A DNA stretch of 55,695 bases, from assembly GCA_965195235.1 (NCBI GenBank), contig CBDAFK010000159.1:1-55695 (forward strand), given 5' to 3'. Each line of letters opens with the position of its first letter. Within the stretch, counting starts at the first letter, position 1. The stretch is from an uncultured Desulfobacterales bacterium. Lineage in GTDB: Bacteria > Desulfobacterota > Desulfobacteria > Desulfobacterales > ETH-SRB1. The position numbers were made by a program, and so were the translations under genes. The notes below the pieces were generated by a model. It was not told the DNA's origin. It searched no databases and saw nothing but the letters and a program-made list of their open reading frames with translations. Of this stretch, positions 16,996 to 25,710 are shown piece by piece.

Positions 16996-18321
16996 ATGTC
17001 CGAAATGATAACCATAGATATAAATAGGCGGAGGAATATGTTCAGGCGACTTTTGCTGCTGTTGTTTACCGCTGGAATCTGTTTTTTTGTTTCAGCGATG
17101 GCGCTTGCCGAAGATGGCTCGCATGCAGAAGAAGAACTGACTATAGAGCAAGCCATTGCAGTCGCCTTAAAGAATAATCCGAGCATAAGGGTTGCTAGTG
17201 AAGCGCGTATAGCTGGTCGTGCAAGGATCGGGCAGACACAATCCGCCTACTATCCATACGTAAACTTACAGACAAGATACAGCCGCAGTTGGCAGGAGGC
17301 AAGCCAATCGTCTGCCCGAAACCATTATGGAAATACCTTCGAGTTGAGCCAATTGATTTTCGATTTTGGCAGAACGCCAGGTCTTGTGGGAAGTGCTCGA
17401 GAAAGTTATGAGTCGCTCAAAGAAAGTTATCAGAATTCCAGACAAATCGTGGCACTGAATACAAAGGTAGCTTATTACGCTTATCTGGCTTATGAGCGGG
17501 AATTAATGCTCACCGAAGAAATCGTCAGGCAAAGAAATCAATTATTACATCAGGCAAAGCAATTTTTTAAGACTGGCCTCAAGCCCAGGATTGACGTAAC
17601 CAGGGCAGAAGCAAACCTCTATGATGCAAAATTATCTTTTATCAAGGCGCAGAACGGGTTGCAGATTGCAAAGATAAACCTGGTGAATGCCCTTGGAATA
17701 GAAAAACTTCCGTGGAGTGTGCTAAAAGATGTACTGGAGATAAAAAAACCCATCATCATGAATCTGGACGATGCAAAGAGTATGGCCATAATGCAGCGGC
17801 CAGACCTTCTTCAAAACAAAGCGTTAGAGAGAGAAAGAGAATTTTCAGTGAAGGCTGCAAAGGCTGAGTATCTCCCCAGGTTGAGCGGCAATGCAAACTA
17901 CGGCTGGAGCAGCACGGATTTCCCATTGCAAGAAGAATGGACGGTCGGGATGCAGATGGCATTTCCATTGTTTACAGGGTTTGAAAAAAGAGAGAAACTG
18001 AGGCAGGAAGAGGCCAAACTGAGGCAGGCGAAAGCCTTCAGTGATGTGATCATACAAAACACTTTGGCCGAGGTAGAGCAGGCTTATGCAGATATGAATA
18101 CGGCTTCCGAACAGATTGTGGCAGCAAGAAAGGGAAGTCAGGCTTCCAACGAGAATCTTGAGCTTGCAACTAAGCGATATCAGCAGGGGCTAAATGATAT
18201 TATTGAGATAACAGATGCCCAGGTTCAATACCTGACTGCTGAGACGAAATACATCAATTCTCTGTACGACTATAAAATAGCTGAAGCTATGCTTGAAAAA
18301 GCAACAGGCAAATCTTACTGA
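16996..18321 (+). CDS. TolC-family outer-membrane efflux protein
   Basis: Signal peptide (probable true start ATG 17038). Two repeated coiled-coil/barrel halves with typical LTLEQAIAVALKNNPSI and ..YDYKIAEAMLEKATG. Confidence 0.85.
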   Translation: MSEMITIDINRRRNMFRRLLLLLFTAGICFFVSAMALAEDGSHAEEELTIEQAIAVALKNNPSIRVASEARIAGRARIGQTQSAYYPYVNLQTRYSRSWQEASQSSARNHYGNTFELSQLIFDFGRTPGLVGSARESYESLKESYQNSRQIVALNTKVAYYAYLAYERELMLTEEIVRQRNQLLHQAKQFFKTGLKPRIDVTRAEANLYDAKLSFIKAQNGLQIAKINLVNALGIEKLPWSVLKDVLEIKKPIIMNLDDAKSMAIMQRPDLLQNKALEREREFSVKAAKAEYLPRLSGNANYGWSSTDFPLQEEWTVGMQMAFPLFTGFEKREKLRQEEAKLRQAKAFSDVIIQNTLAEVEQAYADMNTASEQIVAARKGSQASNENLELATKRYQQGLNDIIEITDAQVQYLTAETKYINSLYDYKIAEAMLEKATGKSY

Positions 18322-18327
18322 GAGGTA

Positions 18328-19554
18328 ATGGTGAAGTTATTCCATAATAAGTATGTAAAATACATTATATTGATATTGGCGCTCATTGGTATTCCGTGTG
18401 TCATATACGGCCTTATTGATAAAAAAAACGAACCCGGATATCGCACTGTAAAACTGGAAAGAGGAGATATTGCCTCTACTATTCTGGCTACTGGCACACT
18501 TAATCCGGTTATTCTTGTCCAGGTTGGAAGCCAGATTTCAGGCAACATTAAGGGCCTCTACGCAGATTTCAATTCTGTGGTCAAAAAAAACCAGGTAATC
18601 GCCCGGATAGACTCGATGTTGCTTAAGGCAGAAGTGGAAAAGGCCAGGGCAAATTACAAAGCTGCCCTGGCAAATGTGGAAAAGGCTAAGGTAATAGCGA
18701 ATGATACCAGGCGTACATTAAATCGCTATGAGGCCCTTGTTAAAGAAAACCTGGTATCACAGAGCGACGTGGATACCGCTCAAACTAACTACGATTCTGC
18801 TGTGGCTCAGATTGAAGTAGTTAGAGCACAGGTAGATCAAACCAGGTCAACTCTGGATTTTTCCAGGACCCGCCTGGACTATGCGATTATTCGTTCGCCT
18901 GTGGATGGCATTGTTCTTTCAAGAAATGTAGATGTGGGACAAACAGTCGCAGCAAGTTTCCAGGCCCCTACGCTCTTTACCATTGCCCGGGATCTAACCG
19001 AAATGCAGGTAAATACCAGTGTGGATGAGGCTGACATCGGCCGGGTGGAAGTGGGACAAGAGGTTACCTTTACCGTAGATGCCTATCCTTCCGAGGTGTT
19101 CGAAGGAAGGGTTTCACAGATTAGAAATGCTCCCCAGGTAGTACAGAATGTCATTACATACGATGTCATCATTGAGGTAGAAAACCCCGAGCTAAAACTC
19201 AAGCCGGGCATGACGGCCAATGTCTCTATTGTAGTAGCTGAAAAAAGAAATGTTTTGAGAATTCCTAATGCTGCTTTAAGGTTCCGACCTTACGGGGAAG
19301 AAAGGGAATCCCGCCAACCAAAAGGAATAGAGACAAGCGCCCAAAATCGGGTATGGGCGCTCCTTGCTGATGCGAAACTGAAATCTGTGCCCGTCAAATT
19401 AGGCGTTAACAACGTAAGGTATTACGAGCTTACAGAAGGAGATCTCAAGGAAGGAGATAATCTGGTTGTGGGACTGTCGGGTGAAAAACGTTCGTCCAAC
19501 CCAGGCGCTATAGGCTCGAAGATGTATCGGGCTCGGAGATATTTAGGACATTAG
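18328..19554 (+). CDS. macA: Efflux periplasmic adaptor (HlyD/MacA family)
   Basis: N-terminal TM, long coiled-coil (..AKAALANVEKAK..VDTAQTNYDSAVAQ..), IRSPVDGIV lipoyl motif and beta-barrel segment. Confidence 0.85.
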   Translation: MVKLFHNKYVKYIILILALIGIPCVIYGLIDKKNEPGYRTVKLERGDIASTILATGTLNPVILVQVGSQISGNIKGLYADFNSVVKKNQVIARIDSMLLKAEVEKARANYKAALANVEKAKVIANDTRRTLNRYEALVKENLVSQSDVDTAQTNYDSAVAQIEVVRAQVDQTRSTLDFSRTRLDYAIIRSPVDGIVLSRNVDVGQTVAASFQAPTLFTIARDLTEMQVNTSVDEADIGRVEVGQEVTFTVDAYPSEVFEGRVSQIRNAPQVVQNVITYDVIIEVENPELKLKPGMTANVSIVVAEKRNVLRIPNAALRFRPYGEERESRQPKGIETSAQNRVWALLADAKLKSVPVKLGVNNVRYYELTEGDLKEGDNLVVGLSGEKRSSNPGAIGSKMYRARRYLGH

Positions 19555-19600
19555 CATTCGTTGATTGGATGATTCGTTGATTGGATGATTGGATGGATGG
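19555..19600. repeat. Octamer array cattcgtt gattggat gattcgtt gattggat gattggat
   Basis: Read directly. Fills the macA-ATPase spacer. Confidence 0.85.
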
Positions 19601-19610
19601 AGAATAAGGA

Positions 19611-20333
19611 ATGGCTAATCTCATAGAAACCCGGAACCTGGTTAAGGTTTACAGTTCAGGCGATGTAAAGGTAGTTGCTTTGGATGAAATTAGCCTGACC
19701 ATTGATGCAGGGAGCCTGGTGGCGGTGATGGGACCTTCCGGCTCTGGCAAATCTACACTTATGAACATACTTGGCTGCCTGGATAAGCCAACGTCCGGCA
19801 AATATTTCTTAGAAGGAATAGATATAGGGGGCCTCGACAGGGATCAACTGGCTCACATCAGGAACCATAAAATAGGTTTTGTGTTTCAAACATTTAATCT
19901 GCTTGCCAGAACCTCTGCCCTTGAAAATGTTGAACTCCCTCTGATTTACAGTGGGGTATCTACCGGAAAGAGAAGAGAAATGGCCATGGACGCGTTACAC
20001 TCCGTTGGTTTATCAGGACGAGACAGCCATTATCCCAATCAGCTCTCCGGTGGTGAACAGCAGAGGGTAGCCATTGCCCGGGCACTGGTCAATTCTCCTG
20101 CTATAATCCTTGCCGATGAGCCTACCGGAAATCTGGATACCAAAAGCAGCTATGAGATTATATCTATCTTTCAGAAATTGAATGTCGAGAAGGGAATTAC
20201 CGTCATTATTGTAACCCATGAACCCGATATTGCTGCTTTCACGAGAAGAAATATTATATTTCGAGATGGAAAAGCAGCAGAAGATAAAATTGCACAAAAA
20301 AACACAAGTGCCTGCCCTGGCGCTATGCGATAA
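19611..20333 (+). CDS. ABC transporter ATP-binding protein (MacB/LolD-type)
   Basis: Walker [10 protein letters not shown], signature [15 protein letters not shown], Walker [13 protein letters not shown]-loop VTHE. Confidence 0.95.
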   Translation: MANLIETRNLVKVYSSGDVKVVALDEISLTIDAGSLVAVMGPSGSGKSTLMNILGCLDKPTSGKYFLEGIDIGGLDRDQLAHIRNHKIGFVFQTFNLLARTSALENVELPLIYSGVSTGKRREMAMDALHSVGLSGRDSHYPNQLSGGEQQRVAIARALVNSPAIILADEPTGNLDTKSSYEIISIFQKLNVEKGITVIIVTHEPDIAAFTRRNIIFRDGKAAEDKIAQKNTSACPGAMR

Positions 20334-20387
20334 CCTGACTATTGTTGAAGTATTTCTTGTTATATAGGAAATTATAAAATTATGCTT

Positions 20388-20435
20388 TATCATTATTCGA
20401 CGTTCGATGTTGGACGTTCGATGTTGGATGTTCAT
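20388..20435. repeat. Dispersed element atcattattcgacgttcgatgttggacgttcgatgttggatgttcat (heptamer cgatgtt-type units)
   Basis: Near-identical copy at 50137-50182. Confidence 0.85.
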
Positions 20436-20443
20436 CTTTTAAT

Positions 20444-21670
20444 ATGTTTTTTCTTTCAAGTCTAAAAATTGCGTTTCGGGCTATCCGGGTGCAGAGGATG
20501 AGATCGGCCTTGACCATGCTGGGCATCATCATTGGTGTGGGAACGGTTATCATTATCATTAATGCCGGTTCCGGGGCTAAGAGTCAGATTGCCAAACAGA
20601 TTGCCGGCATCGGTTCAAACCTCCTTATGGTATTTCCAGGCTCTACAAGTTCCGGAGGCGTCAGAATGGGCGCCGGTACCAAACCTACCCTGTGCATTGG
20701 TGACGCCGAGGCCATTAAAGAGGCATGTCCCAGTGTCAAGCTTGTTGCACCTACGTGGGGTGGCACAGCGCACCTCGTTTTTGGCAATCAAAACTGGAGT
20801 ACGTCTGTTACCGGCACAATTCCGGATATGTTTCAGATCAGGAATTGGACCCTCGCGTTTGGCTCTCTTTTTAACCAGCGTGATATCAATACAGCAGCCA
20901 AGGTCTGCATCTTGGGACAGATAGTGGTGGAAAATCTTTTGGGAGATATTGACCCAATTGGTCAAGTCATCAGAATCAATAAAATTCCATTTACTGTTAT
21001 TGGGGTTTTAGACAAAAAGGGTTCATCATCATACGGCAGAGATCAGGACGACAGTATCTATGTTCCTTTGAGCACAGCGCAGAAGAGACTTTTTAGCACG
21101 CATATTCCCGGCCTTGTCAGAACAATCATGGTTCAGGCAAAGAGCCTGGAATTGATGTTTGAAGCTGAAAAAGAAATAAATGCCCTGCTCATGCAGAGGC
21201 ATCATATTCAATCAGGTCAGGAAAAGGATTTTACTGTAAGAAATCTGACCGAAATAATGAGTATAGCCCAAAAAACAGCAAACATTATGTCGGTTCTGTT
21301 GCTTACTATTGCTATGATTTCTCTCGTGGTGGGCGGAATAGGAATTATGAATATTATGCTGGTTTCGGTCACAGAAAGAACCAGGGAAATCGGCATTCGC
21401 ATGGCCGTGGGAGGGAGAAGTAAGGATATCCTCATGCAATTTCTCATAGAAGCCATTATCCTGAGCCTGTTTGGGGGGCTGTTAGGGATGGTATTAGGAA
21501 TAACAGCATGTAAGGTTATAGCGGCTGTGATAAAATGGCCCATCCCGATTTCGTGGGAAGCCCTTTTGTTGGCCTTTGTCTTTACCGGGGCAATCGGGGT
21601 CTTTTTCGGATTCTATCCCGCTAATAAGGCATCCAAATTAAATCCTATTGATGCCTTGCGATATGAATAA
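20444..21670 (+). CDS. ABC transporter permease, MacB/FtsX family
   Basis: N-terminal TM, large periplasmic domain, and C-terminal FtsX 3-TM region with ..ERTREIGIRMAVGGRSKDIL... Confidence 0.9.
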   Translation: MFFLSSLKIAFRAIRVQRMRSALTMLGIIIGVGTVIIIINAGSGAKSQIAKQIAGIGSNLLMVFPGSTSSGGVRMGAGTKPTLCIGDAEAIKEACPSVKLVAPTWGGTAHLVFGNQNWSTSVTGTIPDMFQIRNWTLAFGSLFNQRDINTAAKVCILGQIVVENLLGDIDPIGQVIRINKIPFTVIGVLDKKGSSSYGRDQDDSIYVPLSTAQKRLFSTHIPGLVRTIMVQAKSLELMFEAEKEINALLMQRHHIQSGQEKDFTVRNLTEIMSIAQKTANIMSVLLLTIAMISLVVGGIGIMNIMLVSVTERTREIGIRMAVGGRSKDILMQFLIEAIILSLFGGLLGMVLGITACKVIAAVIKWPIPISWEALLLAFVFTGAIGVFFGFYPANKASKLNPIDALRYE

Positions 21671-21757
21671 AATTAGCAATTAGCAATTAACAATTAACAA
21701 TTAACAATTAACAATTGACCACTGACCATTGATAATTGATAATTGACCATTGATAAG
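21671..21757. repeat. Heptamer array aattagc x2, aattaac x4, aattgac, cactgac, cattgat, aattgat...
   Basis: Read directly. Starts at the nucleotide after the permease stop codon. Confidence 0.9.
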
Positions 21758-21810
21758 AGCTTATCGCCATTGCAGGCAAAAGCATCATGGCAGCAAGGAG
21801 GAAAGAAATA

Positions 21811-22107
21811 ATGAACTTTTCTGGTTTCGTGGTTGGCAGTGTTATGCTGTTAACAATAGCATTTACTCATATACTTGTTATTAAAGGTGAATATCATTTT
21901 GGGACAAAGTGGTGGCCAGCGCTCTTTTTTGTTGGTTTTCTCTTTATATTAGTTTCTATCTTCGTCGATAATGAACTTTTGTCAGGAAGCCTTGGTATTG
22001 TCAGCTTTTGTTTATTCTGGAGCATTTATGAACTTTTTCTGCAAAAAAAGCGTGTTGCCAAAGAATGGTTTCCCAAAAATCCAAAAAGGGACTATGATAT
22101 TGGATGA
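21811..22107 (+). CDS. Small integral membrane protein (3 TM, about 98 aa)
   Basis: SD aggagg 7 nt upstream of ATG 21811. Hydrophobic segments. The stop TGA lies in a ggatgattgg repeat unit. Confidence 0.6.
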   Translation: MNFSGFVVGSVMLLTIAFTHILVIKGEYHFGTKWWPALFFVGFLFILVSIFVDNELLSGSLGIVSFCLFWSIYELFLQKKRVAKEWFPKNPKRDYDIG

Positions 22108-22270
22108 TTGGTTGATTGGGTTGATTGGGACGGAAAATCCCCTCTTGAGAGGGGTGGACGCGAAGCGGACGGGGTGTGTAATCCTCTATGAAGAAGGTTG
22201 GATGATTCGTTGATTAAATGAAAAGAAAAACCAATCAACCAATTAACCAATCAACGAATCGATGATTTCA
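22102..22270. repeat. Repeat-rich spacer
   Basis: Components are gattgg units, a GC hairpin cccctc-ttga-gagggg (22139-22154), and a 12-bp perfect stem gattcgttgatt/aatcaacgaatc (22204-22215 / 22249-22260) around a gaaaagaaaaa-containing loop. Read directly. Confidence 0.85.
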
Positions 22271-22297
22271 TGACCGATAATTTGAGAGTGAACTAAA

Positions 22298-22702
22298 GTG
22301 ACAAAATCTTTTTTGCTGTTATTTGTATCAGTCTGCCTTTTAAGCTTTACTGCTACGGCAGCTTTCAGTTTTGATATACCCAGGAAAGAAGAATTGGAGT
22401 TAAAAGCCCGGGCACGGATGAAATATGTGACACTTGACCTGACAAAGGTGACATTTTCAGAGGATGAAAAGAGGAAAATAGAGCATGATTTTGAAGAGAA
22501 CTACAGTCTGGATATATCGGATTATGATCCGGTAACAAACATGGCTATCGTAAACATTATTGCCAGGAAATTTGATAACATGCCTATGATCCAGAAATGG
22601 TATTTTGACGGAACTATATGGCGGGATGATCTCGATCCGGATATCATAGTAGATCCCGCTATGCCTTTTAAAAGCCTTGACGGAAATTGTCCTTCGCGTT
22701 AA
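22298..22702 (+). CDS. Secreted hypothetical protein (134 aa)
   Basis: GTG start and signal-peptide-like N-terminus. No recognisable domain. Confidence 0.5.
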   Translation: MTKSFLLLFVSVCLLSFTATAAFSFDIPRKEELELKARARMKYVTLDLTKVTFSEDEKRKIEHDFEENYSLDISDYDPVTNMAIVNIIARKFDNMPMIQKWYFDGTIWRDDLDPDIIVDPAMPFKSLDGNCPSR

Positions 22703-22740
22703 TAGAGGTGTATATTTAAATTAGAAACTTTAATCTTTAT

Positions 22741-22835
22741 AAGGGATGTCTTACGAGCTCGGACCTTTAGAAAGGTGTGCCGGGAAAGTGAAGGCGTAAC
22801 ATGGGTTGTAGTACAAAGCCAGGTTGCGCCTTTTT
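22741..22835 (+). promoter_or_regulatory. Conserved leader RNA copy A with intrinsic terminator (riboswitch/attenuator candidate, class unknown)
   Basis: Blocks aagggatgtcttacg and cgggaaagtgaaggcgtaac.tgg.ttgt are shared with copy B. Terminator stem ggcgtaac/gttgcgcc (22793-22830) followed by ttttt. Confidence 0.5.
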
Positions 22836-22971
22836 GTTTAGGAGATGTAGACAGTGAAGACCAGTATACGAAAAAATCACAACTTCCAGAGATCGCCCGA
22901 ATTTATTGAGAAGTGCAGGATAGATGTTAAACAATTGATGTTAACGGATAAATTTGAAAGGAGGCTACCGG

Positions 22972-23511
22972 ATGAAAACTATAATTGTGTGTGCGAGCCG
23001 TTATGGTTCGACCCTTGAGATTGGCCGCTGGATGGCAGATCGCCTGCCTTGGGAGAATGTGGACGTTTATCCGGTAGAGAAGGCACCCGAGCCGGAAGGT
23101 TATGAACTGGTCTTTTTAGGTGGTGGTGTTTACACTGAAGAGGTGAGCAAGGAGATAGTGGAATATGCCAGGAAGCACCTGACTTTTATGAAAGATCAAA
23201 AAGTGATCCTCTTTGCTGTCTGCCTTGATACCAAAGGGGTCTATATGCGGGGAAAGATACATGGAGGCTGGAACTACCTAAAGCCGCTTCTTCATCTCTT
23301 TAAAGATCAACCTCCTGTTCACGCCGGGGTCCTATCCGGGGAGATCAACCCGAAAAAGCTTACCGAAAAGGACTATAATCTTCTTATGATCCTTTATAAT
23401 AAAATTCTTAAACGCAATCTAACAGAGGTTCCTTACCGAACCCTGATGAATAAGCTGGAGGTCTGGGAGTTTGTCGAAAAAGCCTTATCCCGACTGGAGG
23501 GAAGATTTTAA
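22972..23511 (+). CDS. Flavodoxin-like protein (Flavodoxin_5/HemG-like)
   Basis: MKTIIVCASRYGSTLEIGRWMA N-terminus. SD aaaggagg 7 nt upstream of ATG 22972. Confidence 0.7.
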   Translation: MKTIIVCASRYGSTLEIGRWMADRLPWENVDVYPVEKAPEPEGYELVFLGGGVYTEEVSKEIVEYARKHLTFMKDQKVILFAVCLDTKGVYMRGKIHGGWNYLKPLLHLFKDQPPVHAGVLSGEINPKKLTEKDYNLLMILYNKILKRNLTEVPYRTLMNKLEVWEFVEKALSRLEGRF

Positions 23512-23534
23512 TGTAAATCTCAGGAGAAGCGCTG

Positions 23535-24968
23535 ATGGAAGATAAAACAAAACATAAAATGAACGTCGGGACGCTTAACCGTCATACCTCTGAAATAACC
23601 CCACAGGATCAGCGAAGGTTTTTTGCCAATGAAAATGGCGATCCCTTGCACTCGGCTTTTGATAAAAAGAGCGCAGTGCATCCAGGGGCCAGGGGTCGGC
23701 CTCTGGACCCTGAAAGCGCCGGCGAGGTGTGGAGCCGGATTATGGCCAGGGAGGGGGGAAAAGAGAAAAGAGCCGCATATTTCCATATACCATTTTGTGA
23801 GACACACTGTCTTTATTGCGGCTTTTATTTAAACCCGTTCAAGGCTGGCGAAGAAGAGAATCGTTATGTCGATTATGTTATCCGGGAACTGGAGATGGTG
23901 GCGAAGACTCCCTTTATCAAATCCCATCCTTTTCATGCCATCTATCTTGGAGGAGGAACCCCGAGTGCACTGAGGCATGAAAACCTTTTCAGGCTCCTGA
24001 AAGTAATCCCGAAATATCTGCCTCTGGCCAATGATTGCGAGATTACACTTGAAGGGAGAGTTTATCATTTTTCAGATGATAAGATCTTTGCGTGTATAGA
24101 GGGAGGGGTTAATCGTTTTTCTATAGGAGTTCAGAGTTTTGATACCCAGGTGCGCAGGAAGATGGGGCGCATCGAGACAGGAGAAAAGGTTGCAGAGAGA
24201 CTAAAATATATAGCTGGCCTTGACCAGACCGCTATGGTAATTGATTTGATTTATGGTCTTCCTTACCAGACCATGGAGATATGGGAAAAGGATGTAACAA
24301 AGTATATTGAATTGAAACTGGATGGCGTGGATCTATACCAGTTGAATATCTTTAAGAGGGGGAGGCTTGAAGAGGCTGTCCGGAAAAAAACGATAGCGCC
24401 GCCTGCTGATATCAGGATGCAGGCCGACATGTTTGCAAGAGGGGTAGAGATCATGAAGCATGCAAGATACAGGCGGCTTTCCATAAGCCACTGGGGGAGG
24501 ACCACACGGGAGAGAAATATCTATAATGCCCTGGCCCTGTCCGGCAAGGTTTGTGTTCCCTTTGGTTCCGGCGCAGGGGGATGGCTGGATGGATACTTCT
24601 TCTTCCAGGACAATAGACTGGATGGTTATTATCGAAGAATTGACGAGGGTAATAAACCGATTGCCATGTCCATGAAACAGCCTGAGAATAACGACCTGTT
24701 TAAGGAGCTTGCAGGGCAGATGGAATTAGGGCGCTGCCATTTAAAAGAGCTTGGAGAACATTACGGTTTTGAGCTTGAAGAAATCTTCTTTCCTCTCCTT
24801 GATCAGTGGGAAAAGGTTGGTCTGATTAAAATGAACGACGGCTGGACAGAGCTGACCCTGGCAGGTGAGTTCTGGCAGGTAAACCTTTGCCAGGCATTGA
24901 TCGATCATTTTGCTGCGGTGATTGGAAAGCGACCGGCCAGTCCCGGCATGATGGATCTTGGAGACTGA
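23535..24968 (+). CDS. hutW: HemN-family radical SAM enzyme, probably HutW/ChuW-like (anaerobic heme degradation methyltransferase)
   Basis: CETHCLYCGF (CxxxCxxC) after a roughly 85-aa N-terminal extension, then YLGGGTPSAL. 477 aa. The flavodoxin partner gene lies directly upstream. Family assignment is firm; the HutW subtype is tentative. Confidence 0.6.
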   Translation: MEDKTKHKMNVGTLNRHTSEITPQDQRRFFANENGDPLHSAFDKKSAVHPGARGRPLDPESAGEVWSRIMAREGGKEKRAAYFHIPFCETHCLYCGFYLNPFKAGEEENRYVDYVIRELEMVAKTPFIKSHPFHAIYLGGGTPSALRHENLFRLLKVIPKYLPLANDCEITLEGRVYHFSDDKIFACIEGGVNRFSIGVQSFDTQVRRKMGRIETGEKVAERLKYIAGLDQTAMVIDLIYGLPYQTMEIWEKDVTKYIELKLDGVDLYQLNIFKRGRLEEAVRKKTIAPPADIRMQADMFARGVEIMKHARYRRLSISHWGRTTRERNIYNALALSGKVCVPFGSGAGGWLDGYFFFQDNRLDGYYRRIDEGNKPIAMSMKQPENNDLFKELAGQMELGRCHLKELGEHYGFELEEIFFPLLDQWEKVGLIKMNDGWTELTLAGEFWQVNLCQALIDHFAAVIGKRPASPGMMDLGD

Positions 24969-24970
24969 TT

Positions 24971-25390
24971 TTGAAAAACGCAATCATTTCAGATGTGATC
25001 ACGCACAGGAATCGCGCAATTAGAATATGCCTGATAATTACAGGGTCATTCTTTGTAGGTCTTGGAACGCTCGGGATAGTTTTGCCTCTTTTGCCTACAA
25101 CCCCGTTTCTCGTGCTTGCCGCTATGTGTTTTTCCCGAAGTTCAGAAAGATTTCACAACTGGCTCCTTAACAACAAATGGTTTGGAGCCTACATTAAGAA
25201 TTACCGGGAGGGTAAGGGGATTTCGTTAAGGCAAAAGGTTGTAGTTCTGTCCCTCCTGATATTAACAATCGGATATTCATGCATTTTCCTGCTTGATCAT
25301 ATTGCCGTCAGGATTATTTTAGTTTTGATAGCTGTTGGCATAAGTAGCCACATTCTCAGAATTCCAACCTTGCGCAGCCCTAAACAATGA
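24971..25390 (+). CDS. ybaN: DUF454 (YbaN-family) inner-membrane protein
   Basis: LGIVLPLLPTTPFLVLAAMCFSRSSERFHNWLLNNKWFG is the family signature. Probable TTG start 24971, just after the upstream TGA. Confidence 0.75.
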   Translation: MKNAIISDVITHRNRAIRICLIITGSFFVGLGTLGIVLPLLPTTPFLVLAAMCFSRSSERFHNWLLNNKWFGAYIKNYREGKGISLRQKVVVLSLLILTIGYSCIFLLDHIAVRIILVLIAVGISSHILRIPTLRSPKQ

Positions 25391-25410
25391 TCAATGTAAC
25401 TGCTCAGTTA

Positions 25411-25454
25411 GATAGGCTGAAGGCTGTTAGATCACTTCAGCCTTCAGGCTAAAC
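25411..25454. repeat. Palindromic aggctgaagg-type repeat hairpin
   Basis: gataggctgaaggctgttagatcacttcagccttcaggctaaac. Same unit family as the arrays at 45593, 46024 and 51874. Confidence 0.7.
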
Positions 25455-25586
25455 AAATAGTAGATAGCCACGAATGACATGAATGGGGCACGAATGAACC
25501 GTGAGCCTGAGTAGTTACAAAAAATCTTGACAGTAAATTTTTCTTTTGTTAGGGATGCCTAAATTGCTTAGTTATATAAAACTCTG

Positions 25587-25677
25587 AAGGGATGTTTTAC
25601 GGTTTCCTGGCCTGATATTGCGGGAAAAAGTGAGGGCGTAACTTGGATTGTGAAAGCAGTCGGGTTGCGCTTTTTTT
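25587..25677 (+). promoter_or_regulatory. Conserved leader RNA copy B with intrinsic terminator
   Basis: aagggatgttttacg ... cgggaaaaagtgagggcgtaacttggattgt ... gttgcgc followed by ttttttt. Lies 34 nt upstream of ATG 25711. Confidence 0.5.
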
Positions 25678-25710
25678 ATTGTTCTAAAGAAACAAAAAAA
25701 GGAGGGGGAA

